Part shown: positions 25,293-37,900 of the stretch, piece after piece
Numbering within the stretch: position 1 is the first letter of the stretch
How the letters are laid out: every line of letters begins with the position of its first letter
Assembly (NCBI GenBank): GCA_008632985.1
Contig: QPGO01000149.1
Coordinates: 62,001-126,000, forward strand
Source: Psammoneis japonica
Taxonomy: Eukaryota
DNA: 64,000 nucleotides
Direction: 5' to 3'
Made by a program: the position numbers and the translations under genes
Notes under the pieces: model-generated
Told to the model about the DNA's origin: nothing
Database searches by the model: none
Seen by the model: the letters and a program-made list of their open reading frames with translations, nothing else

Positions 25293-26138
25293 CTACTTCA
25301 TATTCTTAATGGACCCTTCGATGCCGCGAAGCACAACGTCCACACGCTCCTCGGCGGTTTTTGCAATAAGGAGAGCCGGTCGTATTTCGAGGGACACACC
25401 CATTGCCGCGATTGGATTGATAAGGGCCCCAACCCAAAAGGCGCGATCCGATGGAGACTCTGGCATTGGCATTTCGCCCAAGTCCCCAAGCAACCGATCA
25501 ATTTGCCCTGGTTCTCTCTCGCGTGTTCGTGCTAGTTCGATCCACTCCTCCACTAGACTTTCGAGTTTCCGCGCTTTTGAATAAGCTCGAGCCAACTCCA
25601 TGCGATCATCTGGGTTGATATCTTTCTCGCTGTCGTTGTCTTGAAGGAATTCCACAACTGCCTCTGTCCAACCACCTTGAGAGTCATCCACCGATGATAT
25701 TTCAAAGCGCCGTCCACCTCGCAAGACAACCTTCAAGCCCCCCTCCTCAACAACGGGAGATCCTGCAATTTCTACTTCGACCCCTCTTTTCAAGTGAACC
25801 GGTGTTCCAGACGGAAGCCTCGCCATTCCCATCATTCCAAAATAGGGTGTCTCGTTTGCGATTTGGTGCTTTATCATTTTCATGAAAAGGGGGTTGTTGA
25901 CTGTGATTTTCAAGACCTGTCGTGGCAGCATGCTATCGAGAACAACGAGGGGTATTTTATTTTCATTTATCTCAGACACCCGACTCTTGAGCGACGAAAG
26001 AAAATCGTCGTCCGACATGCTACTGCACAGAAAAGTACGCGATCCTTTCGTCGATGGTGGTCCGGCCAACGAAAATGCCAACGAAACACACATTAACATG
26101 AAAGCGACCAACAGTTGAATTGCATAAGACTCTTTCAT
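25293..26138 (-). CDS. LON peptidase N-terminal (substrate-binding) domain protein, probably plastid-targeted
   Basis: Signal peptide + SLA-F; IPLVVLDSMLPRQVL, FGMMG, VLRGGRRFEI, AFWVGALINP...EIRPALL. Confidence 0.75.
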   Translation of the reverse strand: MKESYAIQLLVAFMLMCVSLAFSLAGPPSTKGSRTFLCSSMSDDDFLSSLKSRVSEINENKIPLVVLDSMLPRQVLKITVNNPLFMKMIKHQIANETPYFGMMGMARLPSGTPVHLKRGVEVEIAGSPVVEEGGLKVVLRGGRRFEISSVDDSQGGWTEAVVEFLQDNDSEKDINPDDRMELARAYSKARKLESLVEEWIELARTREREPGQIDRLLGDLGEMPMPESPSDRAFWVGALINPIAAMGVSLEIRPALLIAKTAEERVDVVLRGIEGSIKNMK

Positions 26139-26349
26139 GATGAACGATGTAGTCTGGTTTATGGTGGATGTTTGTGCTTGACGGTGTTGGCATCGCGTTG
26201 CTCATCGCGTGTTGAATGTTTTGGTTTTTCGAAATTTTTGGCTTGACGCAGAAATGACGTGTTCAACGAACTTTACGGATGGACGGACGGACGTGGTTGA
26301 GCGCAAGGAGGGCGGGAGCGACGACGGGGTGCCGTGTGGCGATGCCATT

Positions 26350-28560
26350 CACATTCTTGTGGTCTGCTTTGACAAGAGACAGGAAACAGGAGACAGTGCA
26401 GACACGACAAGAAGTTGAAACTGCAGCGAGAGACCATGGCAGCTGGCAGTGGTTGACCTCACAGGAAACAGCTTGCTGAAATCACCAACACAGGCGCACG
26501 GCATTGACTGGCCTGTCTTTGAGTCAACAGGAAGAGGAGGAGGAAAGCAGAAAGCCCATCTGTGCCTCTGAGATTTTTGAGCTGAGATGTGAGTTGAAAG
26601 TGCTTTCCCCGTGGTCACGAAAAAAATGAACTCCTGGCTTCTAGCTGTTGTTTTTCTTTCAATCTGCCGCCGCTGCCATGGCAGCCTGAGCTTGGTGGTG
26701 CTGTTGCCAACCAAAATGCAGCAAATCTGTGCATGAGACAAGAAAAAGGAGATGTGTTGCAACATCAGAGCTGCACAGTATGTTGTTGCATTGTTGAACC
26801 CAGCGGCTGTCATTTTTGGGCCAAGAAGCCCAAAAATGAAAGTGCGCCTCATGTGCGCTGCTGCTGATTGCATGCGTCAATGCTGGAAAGTTGGCTGGGC
26901 ACAAACAATTGCAGCGAGAAATGGTCTTCAAACAAGATTGACAATTGTGGGCCAATCTGCTGGCTCCTCTCTTTCTAGACAGCATCAAAGATGATGCCAT
27001 GGAAAGAGCACCCTCCAGCATGAAAAAAGCTGTCAGCACACTTGACAGAAGCCAGAATGTGGTGTCACACATCTGTGCTGTTGTCATTTTGAAAGATGTG
27101 GAGAGCTCGCCATTTTTGTTGTTGTTGACAACAACAACAGAGTTTCAGGCCTGGGCTTGTCTCCTTGTGTTTTTCCTTGAGTGAAAACTTTGCACAGCTG
27201 CTTGTTTCCACCCACGTTCCAGATTGTACAAGCCTTTGAATCATGTGCAACATGCGGCCACTGACAAGAGTTAATGTGTCACGGCGACGTGTTGCAGCCT
27301 TTAAATGTCACAAAGGGCGTGACAAAAATGACCTTTTGTCTGCATGCATGCTGCATTGTGAATTCACAGCGGAGTGGCACATCGCAACCACCAGGCAGGA
27401 GGCCAGGGGTTCGAAACCCTGAGTGGGAGTTGTCTGCAGCAACGTTGATCACTGTCGAACGCGTAAAACTCTGTGCAGTTCTGTATGTTCCTTCGTACGT
27501 ACCCACACTGTTCCGCCAAAACCGTGCAGTGTCAGTGCACGTTAGCAAAGAGCCGCACGGATGCGTGACACATGGGGAGGAGTGCAACATGCAGCCACTG
27601 ATGAGAGTTGGTGCATCACGGCGACGTGTCACAGCCTTTAAATGTCACAAAGGGCGTGACAAAAACAACCTTTTGTCTGCATGCATGCTGCACATGTTCA
27701 ATGAACATCATGCTGGCAGCAAATCACAGCAGCATTGAAAAGAGCTTCTTGAGTGGCTTGATGGTCTTGGTGTGATGCTCGTGCCACTTCTTGAAGTGCA
27801 GCAAAATGACCACATTTTTGGTCAGCTGATCTTTGTCACTCTGCAGTGCCTTTCATCTGCACAGTGCAGCAATCTTGTCCTTGGAAATGTTCTGGCAAGT
27901 CTCTCTCTCTCTGCTTTGCCAGCTCTTTTGCAGATTTGTTGCACACACCACACCAGGGCTTGCCAAAGTTCAACCCTGTGCTCCTGTCAGCAAATTTCAT
28001 GCCAGTGGAGCACTTTGCTGTTAAAAAAAGATGAAGCCGCCCCAGGCTTGACTGTGCAGCACTTTTCAATGCAAGAACAAGTTCTTGAATTGGCGCGCTT
28101 TCAGATCTGTTTTGTGCACCATTTCGCTCTCTTTGTCATTGCAACATCTTGGGCACCCAGTGTGCCTTGAGCACCCAATGCCCAAGAACATCACTGTCCC
28201 AATTTTGGTGTCATGCATGTTGTGAAAAACAGTGCAGACATTGTGAGCTGGTGCTGGTTGAAGAGCTCAGCCGCCCGCTTCAAATGATGAGTGAGAGAGC
28301 CAAACAGCGCACACCACACCTGGCTTGCCCTCTCCTGCTCAATCAGATTTAAGCCCAGCAACCTCCAGATGATTGTTTGGATGACATGGCATTTTTTGTG
28401 TGACACACACTTCCAACTCAGCTCTTTGCTGCTTGCCGCCAAAATCATGCCAGTCATCGTTGCACACTGTGCTGCTGCCACATCAGCAGCCAGCAGAAGC
28501 CTGGCTCTTTTCACCAATGCTGAGGACACTTGATTTTCTCTGCTGTTAATCCCCACTCTT
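26350..28560. other. CpG- and TpA-depleted degenerate block A
   Basis: By eye, CG and TA are nearly absent and TG/CA abundant; no intact gene; hosts the TRIM-like element. Boundaries approximate. Confidence 0.8.
27246..27692 (+). mobile_element. TRIM-like miniature LTR retroelement (447 bp)
   Basis: 110-bp direct repeats 27246-27355 and 27583-27692, each TG...CA with ~10-bp inverted ends (TGCAACATGC...GCATGCTGCA); polypurine tract GGGGAGGAG 27574-27582 abutting the 3' LTR; 4-bp flanking duplication CATG (27242-27245, 27693-27696). Confidence 0.8.
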
Positions 28561-28820
28561 TGAGCAGCTCCATAGAGCCTTTGCGGAGGCCCAACATTGC
28601 CGCCACAGCAGGGACTCTCGCCAAGAGCGCGTGGCCGCACCGCACTCGAGCGAGCCGTTTGCACAGTGTGACGTCATCCTCATTTTTTGATTGAAGTTGA
28701 GATGAGGCTCTCGGTTCGCCGCGCATGTTTCTTGGTCGGTTCTTGGCCATGCACCGTGCAAAGCGATGGAACCACATTTCATTTATGTCGTCCGTTGTTC
28801 CACGATCTACTTTTCAGACA

Positions 28821-29671
28821 ATGAATTTGCTGTCAACAGTGGCTGGGTTAATCGCCCTCTTGGGATACCTCCTTGAGAATACAGCAGTGTGTGGCTTTAG
28901 TCCCCATGGGACAAGAATCGCAACTCGGCATTCCACACGGTTACAGAATTCTCTCGGTAGTTGGGTATCCGGTGTAGCTGGTGTGCCACCCGCCCAGTTG
29001 CTGGAACCAAAGCTGCTTGAAGATTTGTGCTCTCAGACTTCTTTGGAAAACGTGGAATTATCATGCGCCTACAAGGCATCAAAAGATGGCTGGTCCGCCA
29101 TTGATTTTCATGACGCGGTCGATGGACGAGGATCTTGTTTGGTGGTTGTTCTTTCCCGATCAGGAGCTCTTTTTGGCGGGTTCAATCCATTGGGATGGAT
29201 GAGTACTGACGATTATGGAAGTAGCAATGCCGCATTCTTGTGGTTTGCAAAATCAAACAATGTGGTGAAATGCCCGGTTCTGCAAGGAGGTAAGCTTCAC
29301 CAACGCGTTTCTGTGATGCTCCGATCAGATTGTACAGTAGTTGTTCAAACTCCATATCTTTCCATTTTTTGTCAGGCAATGCCGCCATCTTTGACTACGC
29401 CACTGGCGGCCCAAATTTTGGTCCTGCCGATTTGGTCGTTGGTAAGCCCCAGGCTGCCGTCTTGGGAGGATTTGCAGGACCCGACATGATGGATACTAGT
29501 ATAAATGCCGGAAACATGCGAGAGGGATCATCTGCGCCGGGTGGTGCTTATGATGTGCCTCGGGGTTGGCCTGCCGGAGGAACATTTAAGGTAACAGAGA
29601 TTGAGGTTTACTGCAATTCAAAAGTTCAGCCTCAGATTGGCGGAGGTCTTGGTTCTTGGTGGCCGTTCTAA
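28821..29671 (+). CDS. TLDc-domain protein, probably plastid-targeted; exons 28821-29289, 29376-29671
   Basis: YKASKDGWSAIDFHDAVDGRG, FGGFNPLGW, AFLW, GGPNFGPADL, VTEIEVY; signal peptide + VCG-FSP; intron 29290-29375. Confidence 0.85.
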
Positions 29672-30220
29672 GTTTCTCCTGTTGGCAAAGATTTCCCAGA
29701 TGGCGGATGCTATGAATGATGATAGAGATATAGAGAGATGTAGATGTGGCCTGTCCAAGATGATAATTTTGCGACCGTTCCAACTGCTCGTCATAGCATG
29801 GGGCTAGAGGTTGCCTCCATTCAAGCGGCTGTGGACGGCAATGGAGAATGACTCAAGAACAGAGTGATTTAAGATAATGAATAATGCTCCTCACTAACTT
29901 CAAAAGAGATTATGCCGTGTTTAGAATGCGTTACACTGTACCTCTTCTCTCTAGAGCTAGTAGAGACAGGCGCAAGTGGGCTTCGTCTCGTCTGTGCGTG
30001 CTGAATTTTTGATCATCGACTGCTTCGACTGCTTCGACTCTTCAGAAACCGCCCGAGCAACTTTGCGATGGTGGCTAATAGAATGCCGCCGACCGCACAG
30101 CCTGTTATGATGACGACAAGATTCATCTTGCGGACCACAACAGCAAAAGAATCTCCGGCCATACTCTAGTGTACAGTGCACGGAGGATCTTAGGTAAGCA
30201 TTAGCTGGATTTGCGCAAAG

Positions 30221-30886
30221 ATGCCTTCTGTTTCGATCAACGTTTGGCTTTTCTTCTGCACCCTTGCTGTCGGGGCTGTATCGGCCCTCGAGGTTGGCGA
30301 CAACCTCTGTATCCAGGGATATGTCATGGATTATTACTGCATTGACAATGTTCGAATGATCGACAATGGCAAAAAGACCCTTGAAAAACCCTTCGACCAC
30401 TCTGTTCATTGCTTGGTGGACGTTTCTGATTGTTACAACTCGGCATTTGAAGTCCTGACTGATCCTGCAACAGACGGAGCGCTCTACACTCGTGGCTACC
30501 GACTCACTGAGGAATCTAAACAAGAAGTTATGTCTCTTGCTTTCAGTGTTGGGAGCTGCAGCAGATGCGTCAATGGATATGACAACAGCAAGCTCGCAAA
30601 TGGATTTCGAGCCGTCTTCAACGTTACGGTGGTCGACCTGAACGAAGATGACGACGACACCCCTCCCACTGTCGTGGTCCATAGTCAAGAATACCCCGAT
30701 CCGACGGATACGAATCCCTGCCTTACCGTCTTTGGCTTAGTTGAAGGTCAAGTTATGGGCAACGATCCGAACATCACGAATCCAGACGATGATGGCTCAG
30801 ACGACGACTCAGCTGCCGGTTGGATTGGGGTGAGCAGTTCGTTTGTCGCCACTTGTTTCATTGCACTAGCCGGTCTTTTGTTGTAA
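30221..30886 (+). CDS. Secreted/membrane-anchored Cys-rich protein, paralog 1 (intact)
   Basis: Signal peptide, domain ALEVGDNLCIQGYVMDYYCIDN...PFDHSVHCLVDV, hydrophobic C-terminus (GPI-like); homologous to 38273 and 41583. Confidence 0.85.
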   Translation: MPSVSINVWLFFCTLAVGAVSALEVGDNLCIQGYVMDYYCIDNVRMIDNGKKTLEKPFDHSVHCLVDVSDCYNSAFEVLTDPATDGALYTRGYRLTEESKQEVMSLAFSVGSCSRCVNGYDNSKLANGFRAVFNVTVVDLNEDDDDTPPTVVVHSQEYPDPTDTNPCLTVFGLVEGQVMGNDPNITNPDDDGSDDDSAAGWIGVSSSFVATCFIALAGLLL

Positions 30887-33800
30887 CGAAACAATAATAG
30901 AGAGTATGCACAACACCTCTAGAAAAGTAATGTGATGGGTCTGCAGTTTATCCAAGTTGACTTTGATTGGTCTTTTTCACGGTACCTGGTACCCTCTAGT
31001 TTATATCGTGTACAGCTGGGCATTGCTGTAGGGCCCTAGGTAGAATTATGGCTATGTACCGAGTGGAGTGTCAACTAAACAGCAGCTCTGAAGGGGTGAC
31101 AGGTGCCACTCAAAATCCCGGGATGGAACCCTGTGTGATTCGCAATGTCGGCCATTTCACACCAGAGCTCCACTTTTCCTCTGTTGCGACCACCACATGT
31201 TCCACTCTTCTTAACCTTGTTTCTATGAAAGCTGCTGAGCCCAAAGTGACCAACTTTTGTTTGTTGCACTTGAACTCTTCCATAGAAACCATGAAAAATT
31301 ATGAAAGACATTTGGAGTTGAAATGCTTGATGTCGCTGGTGCCATTGCCAATCACAGAAATGCAACAACATCCAAGGAATGTGCAAGCGCTTGGCCAAAG
31401 AGGACCTGCTGATGCTGCACCACTGCCACCAGTCACATGGTGGAGTGTGGGAGAAAAAGGTGCTTGAATTGTTCTTTTTGATCCTGAGCATCCCCATAAA
31501 TTCATGTGCACAATTGCTGGAAACAACCACTCGCTGTTGCACGAAAAACAGCACACAATGAGGTCTCTCTTGTGTTGTCAAGATCTGACAAGAACTGAAT
31601 GGCTCAGCATTGTCAATGCATCAAATGTCAACCATTGACTTGTTGGGGCACTTTTCCACTCTTTGTTTCTTTGCCATGAATGGCCCCAGGCTCTGCATGT
31701 TTTTTGCCTCTTTGCCTTGGTGAGGTTGCTCTTTGTTGGAATGTCTTTGTTTGTTTGCAGCTCAGATGCATGATTGGCTGCTTCATGTGGCTTACATCAC
31801 CATTGTTTTGAAGCTCTCTCTGGGAGGGCAAGCCTTTTCTTGGTTTTTAACTGATTTGGTGGCATCTTGACATTGTTGTGAGGAAACCCTGAGATCACAG
31901 CTCACCTGTGCCAGAGCATGACAGCAGATTTGCAGTTGGAAGTGCCCTGTTTCACACAACAAGAGGTGCAGCACAGCAGTCAAAATTTTCAACAGACAAA
32001 GTGGTGGACAAAAGAGGGAGGGCAGGCCTTTGAAATTGGCAAGAGACACAATGCCATTGTTGCAATCAGGTGAGATGCCGTCTGCTCTTGTCACCAAAAC
32101 ATGCTCCAACTCTTCTGTCACAAAGCAAGCAAATTTTGCTTTCTTGCCAACGAAACCTGTGGTGGTCCACCAGCAGAGTTGAGTGTTCAACATGAAAGAA
32201 CACATCTGAGCTGTTGACACATGTGCCATGTGCCTGTTCTTTGTGAAAAACCAGCCAATCTCTGTTCATGTGTGAAGTTGATTTTGTTGGGGGGGGGGTG
32301 GCTTGATTGGGTGAAAATTGCCACTGTGGAGGACAAAGTGTCCATTGAGCTCATGTGCCTCACATTTCAAAATCATTGGCAATTCAGGGCATTAGTGTGC
32401 AGCCTGGCTTGTGCTGTGGACAACTCTGTGGCAGTTGCCCAAGGAACTGGAGCCCACGCCAATTTGGAATGCCCACCGCCCCAGAGCAGGCTCTCTGTAA
32501 ATCCCCCAGATGATTGTCACATGTGCCCCTGCATTTGCGGCAGCTGTGCTGCCCTGCTTCCCAGAAGATGCCATGGTGTTGGAAACACCAGGTGAGGCCA
32601 CTAAGATGGTTGCCATGCTCAACAACATTCTGCAACAGTTCTTTGTGGTGATGATGCATGTGCCATGCTGCTGGCTGCAGTGTTGGGAGGCCCAGCACCA
32701 GCATCCTTTAAAAGCACCAGGGGTGCCAAAAAGGGTGCTGCTGAGGCTTGTGCCAATTCTTGGCCTGAAAGTGCTGTCTTGTTGTCAGTGTCAAATGACT
32801 GGCCTGCCAACAATGTGCCAGTTGCAAGTGTCATGCACTGCTCTTTGCACTGATTTTTCCAGTTGCAGCTCAGGCAGCACCTGTGAGATCTCCCTGGCTG
32901 CTGCTCCCTGGTTGTGATGACCCATTTCCCCACACACCCAATTTGCCATTGTGGCTAAAACTTTTGTGTCTGACTGGCTCTTGGGCTCACATCTTCCACA
33001 ATTTTTGTCTCAACCAAATGAGAAAAAAATGTGCACAACAAAAAAACCATTGTGATGGCCTTGTTTCTTTTGCCTTTGAAACTGCAATTTTGTCAGTGTC
33101 TTGTCATGCCAACAACTTTGCCTTTCTGGTGCAGGCAAAAATGTGTGGGCTGATCTTGCTGAAGTGAGTGAATGGGAAGAGTGGGCAATCTTGTGACTGC
33201 AATGGGTTTGATGCCATGCTGTGTGCTGCTGCAAGGAATGTTGCTTTCAAACCAAGGGGAAGTGAGCACAGGCAGCGCTGTCAAATCATTTTCTTTAACA
33301 AGAAGGCATCACAGCTGTCTCAAACAAAAGTGAGCAGCACACCCAAGAAGACCCAGCACAGACTCTCTCTCTCTCCCTCTCTCTCTCTTGGCAGCACAAA
33401 TGTGAGGGGAGTAAAAACTGTTTTCTGTTGATTGGTCTGCTCTGTGCCCATTCTTTTTCTCTTTTTTGCACATGGGAGAGCAGCTCACACACACCTCCAC
33501 CTCACTCTGCTGCTCTGCTGCTGTTGTTCATTGTGTTGTTGTGTTGCATGTTTTTTCCATTGCACTGCCAGGAATGCACTGCATGCCATGCCACCACAGT
33601 CCTTGAGAATGAACTGCACTGCACCCTTGTTGAGTTGTAGAGAATTGCCTCAATGTTGGTGTCAACTGGCACAAGCTTGAGGACATGTTGTTCCCAAAGA
33701 AATGCAGTTTGCGGACAACATGACCAAAGCAACAAACAGCACACCTGCTGCACAACTCCACTCTTGTGCTGGAGATTGCCCTGATTTGTTGGTCACCATG

Positions 33801-35599
33801 CATGGTGGGAGCTCTTTGAGGCTTGCCACAGAGAACATGATGCTCAAACTGCACCCCTCTCCCCATTGTCAAGAGCATTTCCATCTGATGGAGATTCTTT
33901 CTGAAACATGGGTCACCAGCCCAAAACCCATGCCAGGCTTTTTCCATGAAATGCTGCATGTGTGGGAGGATGGGGGTCATGTTTTCAGCAGGAACTCCTG
34001 TGTCACATTGAAGCCATGGGAAAGTTGGGTCATCTGGCCATGGCACAGCTGCTGCATTTGGTGATGGATGCAATGCCACAGCAGGTGCAGCATGTCTTCA
34101 CAAACAACTGTGCATGGTGGAAGAGCAGGGCGGCCAGAGAACCTTTGTGGCTGAACAAAGCAAAATGTGTGCAATGAAGACATCACACATGAGAAACAAT
34201 GACCAGAACAAATTTGCCAGCCAGCTTGGCCAGAGACCCTAATTTTCTGGTCAGAACATGGTTTTCCAGCTGGGATGTGCCAGTTTTCTGGCCACAATTT
34301 TGCTGGCAATTTTTTTGTGTTTTTCCACCACCACTTTCATGCAAGCAACTTCCATGGGAGAAGTGGCAACAAAGAAACCTGTGGCAAAATGCAAATGATC
34401 TTCACAGCATGTGCACGAAGTCACAAAAATGTTGTTGTCAAAGTGACCTCAGCTCTTTGTGAGGTCTCTGATGCAAGTGTTCAATTGGGTTTCTGGCCCA
34501 AAAATGCATGGCTGCTCTGCACAGTGCAGTGCAGCACAAGGATGCTGCAATGCTCACACAGCAGAAGAGCTGACTCAAACAGCTGCATCAGCATTGCATG
34601 ATCACTGACAGCTTTTCCAGTCACTGACTCAAATGCCACGGAAATTGTGTCGGACATGCCAGATTTTTCTGACATGATGCCTTTGACATCATTGCAAAAA
34701 TGTTGAAGCAAAGAGGAAAGCACAGGATGGCAGCACTTGTGCAACAAGTGTGTGCAACTGAGTTCTTTCTAATCACTTTTTGCAGCAGATCAACAACAAA
34801 TGCACATCAAAATGTTGCAAGGCAATGTGGTCAAAGCATCTTGAATGACACCCAAATGACACCCACTGGCATGATCACTTTGTGCTTCACAGGTGCATGC
34901 AAGACACCCAAACTCAGATGAATCATCAAGAAGGCAAGCTGTTTTGTGCACATGTTGAAACAGGGCTGCAACTTTGACAAATGCATGTCATTTGATGCTG
35001 AGAGAAGTTGGACAGCACACTGAGCAGAGATGGCTTGCCTTTCCCAGATGTTGACCAGGGTGTGGCTGAGCACACAAGGGGGTTTTCTGAAAGCAGTTTG
35101 GGCCCAGGGGAGAGCCTTCTGTTGTGGCACCCTGTGCTTGTAAAGAGCAAGAAGTGCAAAGGCGCACACCCATGACAATCAATTGTCTTGGCTGTGTGAA
35201 ATTGGCTGTTGAGGAATTCAACAAGAAAGTGGAAACTTGAGGTGGCTTGAGCAAGAGAGTGGCAGCACATCATGATGCAAACAAGTGTGCATGGAAAACA
35301 TGGGCAAGAAAAAGAAAAGGAAAAAATGACAAGCATCCTTGGCAACAGAAAAGTCATCCACTGGTGGTGCTGGTGCTGATCATGGCAGTTTGCATGCCTG
35401 CAATGTCACTCTTTCAAATGATGAGTTGACTGCCATTGTTTTGGCAACTTCTGGGATGACACAACCACGCAAATCAAAACCTTTTCAAAATGCAGATGAT
35501 GGAGAGGATGCAAGAAAACAATCAAATTGATGGTTGCGTTTGCTTTTCACAATGGATGGAAACAAGTGGCTGACAAAAGAGACAATTCTCTGACAACCT

Positions 35600-37900
35600 T
35601 TGCATGCCAAACAATGCCCATGTCATTTGATTGATTTGCTGGCATCTTGTGATTGTTCTTGACTGTGCATTGAAGAGGTCACCAAGAAGGAATGCTGCAT
35701 GGCTTTGCTGCTGTCAGCTTGCAATTAATGACCTCAGCTTTGCAGATTTCAACTTCACAAAAAGTTGTCATGCCGCAATGGCACGGCATCACATCTTGAG
35801 AATTTCAACTCCTTTTCACATCCCCCAACCAACCAAGAGGAAGTGGGAGATCCACCAACATTTGAGGCCCATCCAAAGATGAAGCAGAAATCATTGAGTT
35901 TGCAATGTCAAAACTTTCTTGTCCTTCAACCGAGGTTGCCACAGACCATTTGCATGAAACACTGGTGGCACTGGAGTTCTCATGGAGAAAGAAGAGTGGC
36001 TGTTGTGAGAATGAGGAGGCCAAAAACCCATGGATTGCCTCTCTTCCAGCACAGTTGCCAACTGGGTGTGCCCTTTTGGTTTCTGGCATGGACAAAACAA
36101 AAACATGCATTGTGTGTGTTGATGATCATGAACACACCAACAATGCAAGGCTGAGGAATGAGAGAAGGGGCCCCTGACAGTTGACAAAAGAAGAGCAAAC
36201 CTTGTGTTGGACAGCTTCCACAAAAGCAACTGCAATGGACAATGGACCTGGTTTAAGCTGAAGCTCTCCCAACAAAAATGGGACACAAATGCCCAGCAGC
36301 AAAGTCTTTGCTGAACATCACACAGACACTGTTGTTGACCCTGCACATCCAAGCCTTGTGCCCAAGCTGTCTGCACAATTTGAAGGAAGCAAGTGTGTGC
36401 ACAAGGGTCCCAACACAAAGCAGTTCATGACACTTGGACAGGACAATGCTGTTTTCAAGCAGTGCTTGCCAAACACAAGCAGCTGGACAGGTCCAAAAGG
36501 TGAGAGGGTGCTGCCACCCAAAGATGATGCAGAGGATGCAATGCAGTTTCTGTTCCAGTGTCTCAAGGCTGGCCTTGTTTCAGATGAAGACATTTCTGAA
36601 GAGTGGCTCAAAGAGATGAATGACTGGAGCAGGCAAATGCTGCACTGCTGCTGCTGCTGCAAGAGAAGTGTTTGGTGAGAAGCAACATGAGCCAGCCTTG
36701 AAAAAGAGTCCATTTCTGCACAAGATCATGCATGGAACAAACAATGGCAGATTCTGGAACTGTGATTTCATGTTGGTTCAATTGGAATGTTGTGTGTGAA
36801 GGACTGCTTGAAAATGCTGCGTTTCTCACAACTTGAGCACCACCACTTCCCATTTGATCATTCTTGCAGGCACAACAAGCAGAGAGAGTGGATGGACCAA
36901 CCTGTCACAAGCACATTGTGAATGCAGGTGTTGTCAGCAGTTAGAGCAAGATGCATCATGTTGAGATCTTTCAGACAGAGGGGGGCTTTCTCCAGGTCCC
37001 ACCATGCTCAGGCACAGCTGGCATGTCATCTGCAGGGCACAAGCACAAACAATGACACTCAGCAAGGATGGCTGGGGATGACCACAATGGATGATGACAA
37101 GACAACAAGATGCCAATAAATGTGATGCACCTGTCAAGGATCAATCCAAAACTCAAAAGCTCCTGTGTGATGAAATTTCTCTGATGAGCTTTTTCAAAAA
37201 ATGTCAAGACAACATCAGGGAGGCAAGAAGAAGGGTGGGCTGATTGATGTGGTAAAGAGCAACAATGCACCTTTCAAAGAAACCACTCAAAAGGTGAAGC
37301 ATGGATGGGTCAACAAACTGAGAGGATCAAAGCAAATTTGGTGTTGCAAGCAAGAAGGTGGGCGGGCTGACCCAGACAACCCTGGAAAATGCACTGCAGA
37401 TGCTGGCACAAAGAGGGCAAAGACAGAGAGATTGACAAGCCAACATCTCTCCTTTGCTTGATGTCCACTTGCAATGATTTTATCAACTGAAAGATGTTGT
37501 TGCAAATGACAGGTCACAAAATGGGGCAAGACAATTGACAGAGTGGCTGCCCACGAGCATTGCCCAGAAGCGGCAGGGGAGGGCAGCGTTGAACACCCTT
37601 GGGGACTCACAAAGCAGCACTGTGATTTGCAGCCTTCATCAAGGAAGAAAAGGGGAAACAAAACTTTAGAGAATTCAATGTGAGCAAAGAAAGTGCTTGT
37701 GGCTGAAAGGGCGTGTGCTGCAACCGGCTTTTTTGACAAGCTCCTGACAAGAACACATTTGCACTCACATGTGGCTCTTTCACAGCTCACATCTCTTGAG
37801 GTCAAGGAGAGAGCCATCTCTCCAGGGACCATTGAAAAGCTTGTCAAGAAGTTCAAAATGCACCGCAGTGCAATTGACTTTGACAAGGGTTTCATTGTGA
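35600..37900 (+). mobile_element. Degenerate DDE transposase, Tc1/mariner-IS630-like
   Basis: Ordered motifs across frameshifts: GQDNAVFKQ...SWTGPKGERVLPPKDD (36436-36530), SPFLHKIMHGTNNGRFWN, PFDHSCRHNKQRE (~36850), HGWVNKLRG, HCPEAAGEGSVEHPWG (~37560), IEKLVKKFKMHRSAIDFDKGF (37831-37893). These resemble the QDE / FDHSCGH / HCELAGEGIEYSWG transposase pattern. TIRs not found; 5' end uncertain. Confidence 0.7.

Noticed and set aside
27364..27430. Functional tRNA gene
   Set aside because: Only a T-arm/B-box and an A-box-like motif; I could not fold a convincing acceptor stem or anticodon arm.
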